Origin: Spirochaetota bacterium
GTDB lineage: Bacteria; Spirochaetota; Spirochaetia; Treponematales; UBA12059
NCBI GenBank assembly: GCA_029560805.1
Contig: JAKQKE010000250.1
Coordinates: 529 to 64,528 of the forward strand
DNA: 64,000 nucleotides
Direction of reading: 5' to 3'
This document shows positions 56,227 to 64,000 of this stretch, in pieces. Within the stretch, counting starts at the first letter, position 1, and every line of letters starts with the position of its first letter. The notes beneath the pieces were generated by a model. It was not told the origin of the DNA. It did no database searches and saw only the letters and a list, made by a program, of their open reading frames with translations. Both the position numbers and the translations under genes were made by a program.

Positions 56227-56251
56227 TTGATTTCGTCGATAAGGACAAACC

Positions 56252-57394
56252 GTGGCTAAGCGAGACTATTACGAGGTCCTGGGCGTCCAGAAGAACGCCA
56301 GCAAGGACGACATCAAGAAGGCGTACAGGCGGCTGGCCATCCAGAACCACCCGGACAAGAACCCGGGCGACAAGGCGGCCGAGGAACGCTTCAAGGAAGC
56401 CACGGAAGCCTACGAGGTCATGTCCGACGACCAGAAGCGAGCGGCCTACGACCAGTTCGGCTTCGCCGGAGTCGACAGCATGGGCGGCCAGGGCGGTGGC
56501 CAGGACTTCACGAACATCTACCGCGACTTCGAGGATATCTTCGGCGGCTTCGGCGACTTCTCGAGCATCTTCGACAACCTGTTCGGCGGCGCACGCTCGT
56601 CCGGTGGCGGCCGCAGGCGCGGTGAGCCGCCACGCGGCTCGAACCTGCGTTACGACCTGGAGCTGAGCTTCGAGCAGGCCGTCTTCGGCGCGGCGGTCGA
56701 GATATCGTACAGCCACGACGAGGGTTGCCACGCCTGCTCCGGCTCCGGCTCGGAGGCCGGCGGTGGGCGCAAGGTCTGCCCGACCTGCCAGGGCTCGGGC
56801 CAGGTGCGCCGTAGCTCCGGCTTCTTCTCGATAGCCAGCCCCTGCCCGAACTGCGGTGGCGAGGGCTACGTCGTCGACAAGCCCTGCAAGGTCTGCGGTG
56901 GTTCCGGGCTGACCAAGAAGAAGCAGAAGCTCAAGGTGACCATCCCGCCGGGCATCGACGACGGCAAGCGCCTATCGGTCTCGGGGCAGGGCGACGCGGG
57001 CCAGAACGGTGGCCGGCCCGGCGACCTGTACGTATTCATCCACGTCAAGCCGCATGAGTTCTTCGAGCGCGACGGCTACGATCTCTACTGCGCCGTGCCC
57101 GTCTCCGTGATGAAGGCCACGCTCGGCGGCGAGATCACCGTGCCGACGATAGACGGCAAGCGGGTCAAGGTGAGCGTGCCGGCCGGATCGCAGCACGGTA
57201 AGATGCTCCGGCTGCGCGAGGAAGGCGTGCCTGGCGCCGGAGGCAGCGCCAAGCGCGGCGACATGTACATCAAGCTCATGGTCGAAGTGCCTCAGAAGCT
57301 GTCGAAGCGTGGCCGCGAGCTCCTCGAGGAGCTGATGAGCGTCGAGGGCGACGTGACCGAGCCGAAACCGATCAGGCTATCCGACCTTAAGTAA
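56252..57394 (+). CDS. dnaJ: co-chaperone DnaJ
   Basis: ORF 56252-57394 (GTG start, AAGGA upstream). The J-domain has the HPD motif, followed by a G/F region and four CxxCxGxG zinc motifs. Confidence 0.95.
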   Translation: MAKRDYYEVLGVQKNASKDDIKKAYRRLAIQNHPDKNPGDKAAEERFKEATEAYEVMSDDQKRAAYDQFGFAGVDSMGGQGGGQDFTNIYRDFEDIFGGFGDFSSIFDNLFGGARSSGGGRRRGEPPRGSNLRYDLELSFEQAVFGAAVEISYSHDEGCHACSGSGSEAGGGRKVCPTCQGSGQVRRSSGFFSIASPCPNCGGEGYVVDKPCKVCGGSGLTKKKQKLKVTIPPGIDDGKRLSVSGQGDAGQNGGRPGDLYVFIHVKPHEFFERDGYDLYCAVPVSVMKATLGGEITVPTIDGKRVKVSVPAGSQHGKMLRLREEGVPGAGGSAKRGDMYIKLMVEVPQKLSKRGRELLEELMSVEGDVTEPKPIRLSDLK

Positions 57395-57405
57395 TACGAC
57401 TCATT

Positions 57406-57448
57406 ACGTCGAAGCCCCGGGCTCCAGCGGAGTCCGGGGCTTCGACGT
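57406..57448. terminator. 15-bp perfect hairpin between convergent dnaJ and copZ
   Basis: ACGTCGAAGCCCCGG - 13 nt - CCGGGGCTTCGACGT. There is no clear U-tract on either strand, so it may be a bidirectional stop or an RNA-stability element. Confidence 0.5.
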
Positions 57449-57465
57449 ATTCCGGTGCCGCGAGC

Positions 57466-57675
57466 CTAGGGGAGCACGCCGGTGACGACGTAGCCGGCTT
57501 TCTCTACCGCGTCGCGCAGCATGTTCGGGTCAGGCGCCTCGCCCTCGACCACGGCCTTGCCCTCGCTTATGTCCACCGTCGCGGACGAAACGCCGGCGAC
57601 CTCCTCGAGGGCCTTCTTGACCCGCATGGCGCAATGCCCACAGCTCATGCCCTCGATGGTCAGTATCTTCTTCAT
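57466..57675 (-). CDS. copZ: heavy-metal-associated (HMA) copper chaperone
   Basis: ORF 57466-57675 (69 aa). The GMSCGHC metal-binding motif is present. Confidence 0.85.
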   Translation of the reverse strand: MKKILTIEGMSCGHCAMRVKKALEEVAGVSSATVDISEGKAVVEGEAPDPNMLRDAVEKAGYVVTGVLP

Positions 57676-57694
57676 AGGCTCTCCTTCGTCTATA

Positions 57695-57711
57695 ATACCC
57701 CTATAGGGTAT
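57695..57711. promoter_or_regulatory. pseudo-palindrome resembling CsoR-type copper operators
   Basis: ATACCCCTATAGGGTAT lies 20-36 nt upstream of the copZ ATG and is interleaved with TATAAT-like hexamers. The resemblance to CsoR boxes is from memory. Confidence 0.4.
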
Positions 57712-57750
57712 AATATATCACGACTACGGAGCAATGAGAATAGGTAGAGG

Positions 57751-58269
57751 TCAGTAACCCGCCAACGCGGCCCGGACCGCGTCGAGTGCCTTGCCATAAT
57801 CGGGTTCACGTTTGATCTCCGGAACCTGCTCGACGTAGACCACGCGGCCCGTCGCGTCCGCGACGACGACGGCCCTGGATAGGAGCCCGGCCATCGGTCC
57901 GTCTATTAGCTCGACGCCGTAGTCCTTCCCGAAAGACCGGTCGCGTAGCTCCGACAGCGTTATGACGGCATCGATGCCCTCGGCCTCGCAGAATCGCCGC
58001 TGCGCGAACGGCAAGTCGCGGCTGACGGTCAGGACCAGGGCGCCGGCCGACTCCTTGATCCTCATGTTGAAGGCCCTGGCGCTGGCCGCGCAGACTCCCG
58101 TATCGAGGCTCGGGACGATGTTGATCACTAGAACCTTGCCCTTGAAGTCGGCTAGCGATACGTCCGAAAGGTCTGATCTGGTGAGCCTGAAGTCCGGGAG
58201 CCTCGCGCCTATTGTAGGGAGTTCTCCCGAGCTATGGACTGGGTTGCCGCCGAGCGTGATGGTAGCCAT
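57751..58269 (-). CDS. tpx: thiol peroxidase
   Basis: ORF 57751-58269. IVPSLDTGVCA (peroxidatic Cys context) and a second Cys in RFCEAEG are present. Confidence 0.9.
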   Translation of the reverse strand: MATITLGGNPVHSSGELPTIGARLPDFRLTRSDLSDVSLADFKGKVLVINIVPSLDTGVCAASARAFNMRIKESAGALVLTVSRDLPFAQRRFCEAEGIDAVITLSELRDRSFGKDYGVELIDGPMAGLLSRAVVVADATGRVVYVEQVPEIKREPDYGKALDAVRAALAGY

Positions 58270-58396
58270 GATAACCTCCGGTATGGCGCTGGAGCGCTTG
58301 ACTTGAAAGTACGGCTATTTCATTACGCGATCAAGTATGGGGCTGGCGCCCTCGATCCGAGCTTGCCGATAGACGACTTGCGGGGTATGCTGGCCC

Positions 58397-59791
58397 ATGG
58401 CCATGCCCACTCCGTACGCCAAGCCCGTCACCATCGCCTCCCCCGACGTGGGCCTGCGCGAGCCGTCCGTATCGCGATCGGCGCTCGGGCTGGCCAGGTC
58501 CGTTCTCGGAACCTACCTGAGGCTCGCGCTGGGCTTCGAGCGGATAGAGCTACGCGGGGGCGACGAGCTGGCCAGGGCCTTCGCCGAGGCGCTGTCGGGC
58601 GAGCGTCGGCTGATACTGGCGTTCCGCCATCCCTACGGTGACGAGCCGCAGCTCCTGTCCTGGGCCTTCCTGCGCGGCGTCGAGCTCGAGGCCCGACGAG
58701 CCGGCATCAGGCTACCCGTCCGGCCCCACGCGGTGTTCGTGCATGGCTACGAGGTGCCCAGGTGGGGCGGCCCTCTCGTCCGTTGGCTGCTACCTCGGGT
58801 CGGGGCCATGCCGGTACACCATAGCAAGCTCGACTCGGTCGGAATGGCCAGGATCCGCGCCGCCATCGAGGATGGTCCCTTCCCTCTCGCGCTATCGCCG
58901 GAGGGCCAAGTGAGCTATACGGCCGACGACGTGCCGAGGCTCGAGCCGGGCGCCGTACGTATCGGTCTCCAGGCGGCCGACCGGCTCGCCAAGGCCGGGC
59001 GCGCGGCCCGCGTGGAGCTGATGCCGATATCGGTACGATACCGTTACGGGCCGCGCGCCCGGCGCTCGCTACTACGGCTCCTGGCCCGGCTGGAATCCTT
59101 CGTCGGCGTCGGGGCCGGAAGCGACGACGAGCCAGTAGTCGACCGGCTACGACGTTGCCTCGAGATGATCCTGGCCGAGGGCGAGCGTCAGTACGGCCTC
59201 GCGTCGGCCGACGCCGCTGGCGTCGCGGAAGGCGCCGAGCGCGGAGTGGCGGCCAGGGTCGGCGCCGTGGTCGAGGCGGCCCTGGATGCCGGGGAACGGC
59301 TTCTCGGTATAGAGCGGGGGCCTGGCGACTCGATCGAGCGGCTGTACCGTATCAGGCAGATAGGCTGGGATCGCGTGTTCCTGCCGCCGGAAGAGGATCC
59401 TCGGAACGTTTCGGACATGCGGAGAGCTGTACTGGACCGGAGAGCCGGAGAGGCTTGGTACGCGATGCGGCATATGGAGCTGGCCGACTTCGCCTGGTAC
59501 CTGCGCTCGGGGCCTCCCGCCGCCGACGGCGGCCTGACGACAGGGCCTATCGTCGAGTACGCCCAGAACCTCTGGGACTTCGCGAATCGGCTAGCCGGCG
59601 GCGCGATATCCGGGCGGCGCGAGGTGCGGCCGAAGCGGGCCGTCGTGACCGCGTCCGCGCCGATAGACCTGAGCGCGCGGCTCGAAGATTATAGGCGCGA
59701 CCGGAAGAGCGCCCAGGCGGCCATCATGGACGAGCTTAAACGATCGTATACGGCATGCATAAAGGAGTTCATAAATGAAGAGCGCGGTTGA
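58397..59791 (+). CDS. acyltransferase (PlsC/GPAT superfamily-like)
   Basis: ORF 58397-59791. AFRHPYGDEP (an HX4D-like block) and ALSPEGQVS (an xPEGxxS block) are present. The large C-terminal extension is unassigned. Confidence 0.55.
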   Translation: MAMPTPYAKPVTIASPDVGLREPSVSRSALGLARSVLGTYLRLALGFERIELRGGDELARAFAEALSGERRLILAFRHPYGDEPQLLSWAFLRGVELEARRAGIRLPVRPHAVFVHGYEVPRWGGPLVRWLLPRVGAMPVHHSKLDSVGMARIRAAIEDGPFPLALSPEGQVSYTADDVPRLEPGAVRIGLQAADRLAKAGRAARVELMPISVRYRYGPRARRSLLRLLARLESFVGVGAGSDDEPVVDRLRRCLEMILAEGERQYGLASADAAGVAEGAERGVAARVGAVVEAALDAGERLLGIERGPGDSIERLYRIRQIGWDRVFLPPEEDPRNVSDMRRAVLDRRAGEAWYAMRHMELADFAWYLRSGPPAADGGLTTGPIVEYAQNLWDFANRLAGGAISGRREVRPKRAVVTASAPIDLSARLEDYRRDRKSAQAAIMDELKRSYTACIKEFINEERG

Positions 59792-61136
59792 AACGGCCGG
59801 GCGCTTGCCCGTCCGCACGAAAGTAGGCTTCGGCATTGCCGACCTGGGCGGTAACCTGTTCTTTACCGCGATGGGGTTCTGGTCCATGTTCTACTTGACC
59901 GACGGCGTCGGGATCCCGGCCGCGATGGCCGGACTGGCCGTGATGATCGGCAAGATCTGGGACGCGGTGACCGACCCGATGATGGGTTATATCTCCGACC
60001 GGACGGATTCCAAGTTGGGCCGGCGCCGGCCGTACATCATCTTCGGCGCCTTGCCGCTGATGGCGACGATGGTCTATTTCTTCAAGGTACCGGCCTTCAC
60101 GAACCCGGTCGCGCTGACCGTCTGGGCGACCGCGGCGCTCTGCCTCCTCAATACCGCCTACACGGTCGTCAACGTGCCCTACGCGTCGCTGACGCCGGAG
60201 CTGACCAAGGACTATAACGAGCGGACCAGTCTGAACGGCTACCGCTTCGCCTTCGCCGCCGTCGGCACGATGCTCGGCGCGAGTATCGTCCAGCCGATCA
60301 TCGGCATGGCCAAGACGAAGGCGGCAGGCTTCCTGCTCGTCGGCCTGATCTTCGGCGCGGTGATGGCCGTGACTTCGCTGATCACTGGCTTCTCGGTGCG
60401 CGAGCGGCATCGCGAGGGAGAGATACCGCACGGCTTCATCAAGACCTACTCGTCGGTATTCAAGAACCGGCCGTACCTGATTCTCCTGTTCACCTACGCG
60501 CTCAACCTGACGGGCCTCAACTTCCTGCAGGGCATCCTGGCCTATTACTTCAAGTACATCGTCGGGGACGAGGCGATGACGACGATGGCCATGGTGCTAC
60601 TGATCGGCGTGGCGATGGCCTTTATCCCGATATCGGTAGCCATCGCCAAGAAGGTCGGTAAGAAGATCGTCTACCAGCTGTGCTTCGGCACGCTGACGGC
60701 CGTCTGCGCGGTCATCTTCTTCTTCGGCCACCGTATGCCGATGCCGGCCCTGCTCGTGGTGATGGCTTTCGGCGGCGTGGGCATAGGCTTCGGCTACGTG
60801 CCGCCCTACGCGATGCTGCCGGACGCCATCGAGGTGGAGGCCGCGAGGAGCGGCAAGCGCAACGAGGGCGCCTACTATGGCATCTGGACCCTGATGTCGA
60901 AGCTCGGTACCTCGGCGGCGACGGCCCTGCTCGGGTTCGTGCTGGCCCTGGCCCGCTACGTACCGGACGTGGAGCAGGCGCCAGAGGCCCTATTCGCCAT
61001 CCGGTTGCTCGTCGGCCCTATCCCGATGGTGTTCCTGATCGGCGCCGCCGTGCTCGTGCAGTTCTACCCCCTCGATGAGAAGACCTACGAGGCCATGATC
61101 GCCGGATCTCGGCGCGAGGACGGGTCGGCGGTCTGA
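59775..61136 (+). CDS. MFS transporter of the glycoside-pentoside-hexuronide (GPH / MFS_2) family
   Basis: ORF 59775-61136. It overlaps the acyltransferase by 17 nt. The signature is KIWDAVTDPMMGYISDRTDSKLGRRRPY. There are 12 TM helices. Confidence 0.8.
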   Translation: MKSAVETAGRLPVRTKVGFGIADLGGNLFFTAMGFWSMFYLTDGVGIPAAMAGLAVMIGKIWDAVTDPMMGYISDRTDSKLGRRRPYIIFGALPLMATMVYFFKVPAFTNPVALTVWATAALCLLNTAYTVVNVPYASLTPELTKDYNERTSLNGYRFAFAAVGTMLGASIVQPIIGMAKTKAAGFLLVGLIFGAVMAVTSLITGFSVRERHREGEIPHGFIKTYSSVFKNRPYLILLFTYALNLTGLNFLQGILAYYFKYIVGDEAMTTMAMVLLIGVAMAFIPISVAIAKKVGKKIVYQLCFGTLTAVCAVIFFFGHRMPMPALLVVMAFGGVGIGFGYVPPYAMLPDAIEVEAARSGKRNEGAYYGIWTLMSKLGTSAATALLGFVLALARYVPDVEQAPEALFAIRLLVGPIPMVFLIGAAVLVQFYPLDEKTYEAMIAGSRREDGSAV

Positions 61137-61609
61137 AGCGCTTCATAGCCGAGGGCCCTGGCGGCTTCTACCCTGACGGCGAGGCTCCTGCCAGTGTCCA
61201 GGTAGAAGCCACCGTCCACGTAGCGGCCGTGTATCGGGGAGGGGCCGTGCTCCCGTACGGCGGCGTAGGCGACGGCCCAGGCCGCGTAGTCGCGTCGCGA
61301 TAGCCTCGGCGGCCCGGCCACCAGGCGGCCGTCGGGGGCGATCGTGCCGGCTACCTGGTCTATACCGATCGTCGCCGGCGGGGTGGTGGCCGGCGCGTCG
61401 GGGGCCGGGCGCACCCTAGGCCGGCCGAGGCCCAGGCGCTCATAGAGGCCGCAGAAGCCGTCGATGATGGCCCCCAGCGTCGAACGTAGCCTGGCCCGCC
61501 TGAGCGCCAGACGGAATTCTGCCCGAAGCTCCTGATCCTCGTACTGCTCGAGCGGTGAAGGTAGCGGCGATACTATCCCCAGGTATGGTTCGTTTCCTAG
61601 CGATTTCAT
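61085..61609 (-). CDS. hypothetical protein
   Basis: C-terminal 174 aa of ORF 61085-61669, starting at ATG 61609, with a strong RBS GAAGGAGG 7 nt upstream. No domain recognised. The 3' end overlaps the convergent MFS gene by 52 bp. Confidence 0.5.
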   Translation of the reverse strand: MKSLGNEPYLGIVSPLPSPLEQYEDQELRAEFRLALRRARLRSTLGAIIDGFCGLYERLGLGRPRVRPAPDAPATTPPATIGIDQVAGTIAPDGRLVAGPPRLSRRDYAAWAVAYAAVREHGPSPIHGRYVDGGFYLDTGRSLAVRVEAARALGYEALQTADPSSRRDPAIMAS

Positions 61610-61628
61610 ATATACCTCCTTCTCATTG

Positions 61629-61642
61629 TGCAACCGGTTGCA
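61629..61642. promoter_or_regulatory. LacI-family operator
   Basis: TGCAACCGGTTGCA is a perfect palindrome fitting TGnAAnCGnTTnCA. It lies 20 nt upstream of ATG 61609. Confidence 0.6.
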
Positions 61643-61673
61643 AAACCGAGAAAAAAAAGATGCAGGCATCAGA

Positions 61674-62681
61674 TCAGGCCGAATCGCGTTTGATCAGCTC
61701 CACTGGAACGACGGCGCTCTCGACGACGCCACGCTCGATGTTCGCCACGAGGCGGCTTGCGAGGGTACGCCCAGTATCTGCTATATGCTGGCTGATCGTC
61801 GTCAGCGACGGCGTCGTGAACGCCGAGACGAACAGGTCGTCGTAGCCGACGACGGCGACGTCGTCGGGCACGCGCCTGCCCCTGGTCGCCAGGGCGCGTA
61901 TCGCGCCGATGGCCATCATGTCTCCGGCGGCGAACACGGCGTCTACCGAACCGTCTCGGTCAAGGAGCTCGTTCATCGCTACGAAGCCGGACGGCTCTGA
62001 AAAATCGCCGAACGCCTCGAGCCCGGGCGTGTGGAGGGACCTGTCTATGGCGACGGCCTCGGAGAAGCCGAGGAGCCGCTGCACCACCTCGCTATCGTCC
62101 ATCGACCCGCCGATGAAGCCGATGCGACGGCGACCGGTGGCGACGAGGTGCTCGCCTGCCAGGCGTCCCCCGAGGCGGTTGTCGGTCGAGACGGAGCAGC
62201 ACGGATCCATGTCGCAGGAACCCCAGACGGTGAATGGGGCCTCGAGGTCGACGAGAGCCTGCACGTGTCGCCGCTTATTCTCGTAGGTCATTAGGATGAA
62301 GCCGTCTACTCGGCCTGAGACCAGGTACTCCTCGGCCCAGTCGCCTCGCGCCCCGTCAGCCTGAACGATCAACATGCCGTAACCCAGCTCGTGGAGGCCC
62401 GTGGCGGCTCCTCCCATGATCTCCAGGCTGAACGGCGAGTGGAGGCCGCATTCGGGGTCATAGGCGTCTATCACGAAGGCTACCGTACGGCTGGAGCGCG
62501 TCGAAAGGGCGCGGGCGGTGACGCTCGGTCTAAAATCGTAGTCCTTGGCGAGCGCGAGGATCTTATCCTTCGTGGCGACGCCGACGAGAGGGCTGTCGTT
62601 GAGCGCTCTCGAGACAGTGGACTTGGAGACGCCAGCAAGCTTGGCGAGGTCGTCTATCGACCTAAGTCGTGGTTTCTTCAT
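61674..62681 (-). CDS. LacI/GalR-family transcriptional regulator
   Basis: C-terminal 335 aa of ORF 61674-62756, starting at ATG 62681. The HTH is SIDDLAKLAGVSKSTVSRALN. A periplasmic-binding-protein-like core follows. Confidence 0.85.
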   Translation of the reverse strand: MKKPRLRSIDDLAKLAGVSKSTVSRALNDSPLVGVATKDKILALAKDYDFRPSVTARALSTRSSRTVAFVIDAYDPECGLHSPFSLEIMGGAATGLHELGYGMLIVQADGARGDWAEEYLVSGRVDGFILMTYENKRRHVQALVDLEAPFTVWGSCDMDPCCSVSTDNRLGGRLAGEHLVATGRRRIGFIGGSMDDSEVVQRLLGFSEAVAIDRSLHTPGLEAFGDFSEPSGFVAMNELLDRDGSVDAVFAAGDMMAIGAIRALATRGRRVPDDVAVVGYDDLFVSAFTTPSLTTISQHIADTGRTLASRLVANIERGVVESAVVPVELIKRDSA

Positions 62682-62699
62682 ATTGCAACCGGTTGCAAT
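62682..62699. promoter_or_regulatory. LacI-family operator (autoregulatory)
   Basis: ATTGCAACCGGTTGCAAT is a perfect 18-bp palindrome directly abutting the regulator's ATG. Confidence 0.6.
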
Positions 62700-62779
62700 A
62701 TATGATTGCCCCGACTCATCTGTCAAGTGGCGAGCGATGTCACTTGCCAACAACACGCCCGGCTCTTTACATTTATGTG

Positions 62780-64000
62780 ATGCCGAACCATAGCTCGCTG
62801 GCCGCCGTGATGTTCGTCGAACTTGCCGGTTTCTCCGATATCCTGGCCGCGAGCGAGCGCACGGCCCTGTCGTTGTTGGGCGAGTATCGGCGCCTAGCCG
62901 ATCCCATCGTCGCCGAGCATTCGGGCGAGACAGTCGACGCGACGAATTCCGAGCTACTCGTCGTGTTCTCGAGCGCGGTGGCGGCGGTACAGTGCGCCCT
63001 GCACCTGGTTCTGGCGCTGGCGCCGCTGTCGGCGGAAGGTCGGGATGATGTGATCGCCGAGCCTCGCGTCGGCCTGCACCTTGGAGAGATATGGCGCGAT
63101 TCCGGCCGCGTCTATGGAAATGGCGTCAACGTGGCCGCCCGCGTGATGCAGGCCGCCCCGGCCGGCGCCGTCTACCTGACGGAGGACGTGTTCCGCCAGG
63201 TATCGAGCAAGCTCGACTTGAACTCGAGGCCCGTTGGCGCCGTATCGATGAAGAATATCGATAGGCCTATAGCGCTCTACGAGCTCGACGCCGGGCGCGG
63301 CTTCGTCGAAGGCGTTGCGGCCGATGGCGCGTCGGCCGCAGGCGGAGATCGGCCATGCGAACCAGAAACGGCTTCGAACGGGCCCGCCGAAAGCGGTGGG
63401 AACCTCTCCGACGACGCGGCGGCGATCGCCGCCGGTATCGCGAGCCTCAAACAGCTCAAGAACCTCAAGAGCCTAAAGGACCTGGGCTCGCTCAAAGCCT
63501 TGGAAGGCCTCAAGGGACTCAAGGCTCTGGAGAAGCTCGAGGAGCTCGACCGGCTCGACAAGGACGGCGAGTTGGACGGCCTCGGCGAGAGCATAGCCCG
63601 TAGGGTCGAAGCCAACCTGAAAGGGATTCCTGGCGTGACGGCCAGGACGGACGACGGTACGCTGGACGTCTCGTTCGAGATCGGTTCAGGGAAGGTCGCC
63701 GGCGCGGCCGGTCGCCAAGCCGTGGATCCCGGGGCCGCGGCCGACAAGGCTAGGGCGAGGATAGCCGCCGGCCTGCGGAAAATGCTCATGAGCTTCGGCC
63801 TCGGAGCCGCGTTCGGCTACGGCTACGCGTCGACCGACCAGTGGCTGTTCCTGGCGGGGGCGGCAGCCTTCGGGCTCTTCCCGTTCATCTCCGGCGCCAA
63901 GCGCCTGATCTCGGCCGCCTCGGAGCTACGTCTGATCGAGAAGCGCCGGAAGCGCGGCGCCGGAAGCGCGGCGCCGGGGCCTAGCGCTCGGCGCGGGGGC
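62780..64000 (+). CDS. class III nucleotidyl-cyclase-homology-domain protein with Leu-x-x repeat and C-terminal TM segment; 3' end beyond window
   Basis: Not in the ORF track (no stop). My translation from ATG 62780 gives MPNHSSLAAVMFVELAGFSD...RVGLHLGEIW...GNGVNVAARV... (cyclase homology domain, first metal Asp replaced by Glu). A 13-16x LxX repeat follows, then FGLGAAFGYGY...FLAGAAAFGLFPFI. The frame is open for 407 codons to the window end. Confidence 0.7.
   Translation, partial: MPNHSSLAAVMFVELAGFSDILAASERTALSLLGEYRRLADPIVAEHSGETVDATNSELLVVFSSAVAAVQCALHLVLALAPLSAEGRDDVIAEPRVGLHLGEIWRDSGRVYGNGVNVAARVMQAAPAGAVYLTEDVFRQVSSKLDLNSRPVGAVSMKNIDRPIALYELDAGRGFVEGVAADGASAAGGDRPCEPETASNGPAESGGNLSDDAAAIAAGIASLKQLKNLKSLKDLGSLKALEGLKGLKALEKLEELDRLDKDGELDGLGESIARRVEANLKGIPGVTARTDDGTLDVSFEIGSGKVAGAAGRQAVDPGAAADKARARIAAGLRKMLMSFGLGAAFGYGYASTDQWLFLAGAAAFGLFPFISGAKRLISAASELRLIEKRRKRGAGSAAPGPSARRGG
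63446..63589 (+). repeat. 9-bp periodic in-frame repeat (CTCAAGnnn) encoding Leu at every third residue
   Basis: LKQ LKN LKS LKD LGS LKA LEG LKG LKA LEK LEE LDR LDK (dge) LDG LGE. The DNA period is 9 bp, starting at 63446. Confidence 0.85.

Overview
This is a high-GC (about 65%) bacterial chromosomal segment. I saw no rRNA, CRISPR array, transposase or integrase. I can support about 60 protein genes, one tRNA-Val(CAC), one cobalamin riboswitch, and several operators, promoters and terminators.

Gene content, left to right:
- 1-5010 (-): a purine-type catabolic operon with FAD, 2Fe-2S and molybdopterin dehydrogenase subunits plus an NCS2 nucleobase permease.
- 5180-11799 (+): a tightly coupled signalling operon. 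It encodes a CBS-HATPase protein, a DRTGG protein, a PHP protein, a 7TM double-kinase sensor and a sigma-54 enhancer-binding protein (EBP).
- 11800-12240: an AT-rich island with a letter-perfect sigma-54 promoter. It drives a short repeat-bearing, terminator-bounded transcript.
- 12327-20111: hemolysin-III, a ThrE exporter pair, envelope proteins and proS.
- 20263-20690: tRNA-Val embedded among degenerate copies of itself.
- 20702-28438: a giant acidic/TPR membrane protein and assorted housekeeping genes.
- 28460-32367 (-): nqrBCDEF without nqrA, with a divergent TetR gene.
- 33102-35650: a GH13 enzyme, and a B12 riboswitch in front of a solitary TonB paralog.
- 35773-41423: an M29 aminopeptidase, then an envelope lipid cluster of PLD, two small secreted proteins and a patatin.
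- 41592-44466: GGDEF and PAS-GGDEF-EAL genes.
- 45300-53187 (-): an eight-gene string, rpoN-hpf-hprK-ptsH-(NtrY-like)-(NtrX-like)-lexA-holA.
- 53464-57394 (+): grpE-dnaK-dnaJ.
- 57466-64000: copZ, tpx, an acyltransferase/GPH-MFS pair, a LacI regulon and a truncated cyclase-homology protein.

Many long ORFs in the track are antisense or off-frame shadows typical of high-GC DNA.

The lineage cannot be fixed from the sequence. A diderm anaerobe, possibly spirochaete-like, is only a weak guess.

The most interesting signal is the kinase/EBP operon followed by a candidate sigma-54-dependent small RNA carrying four GTAAACA repeats.
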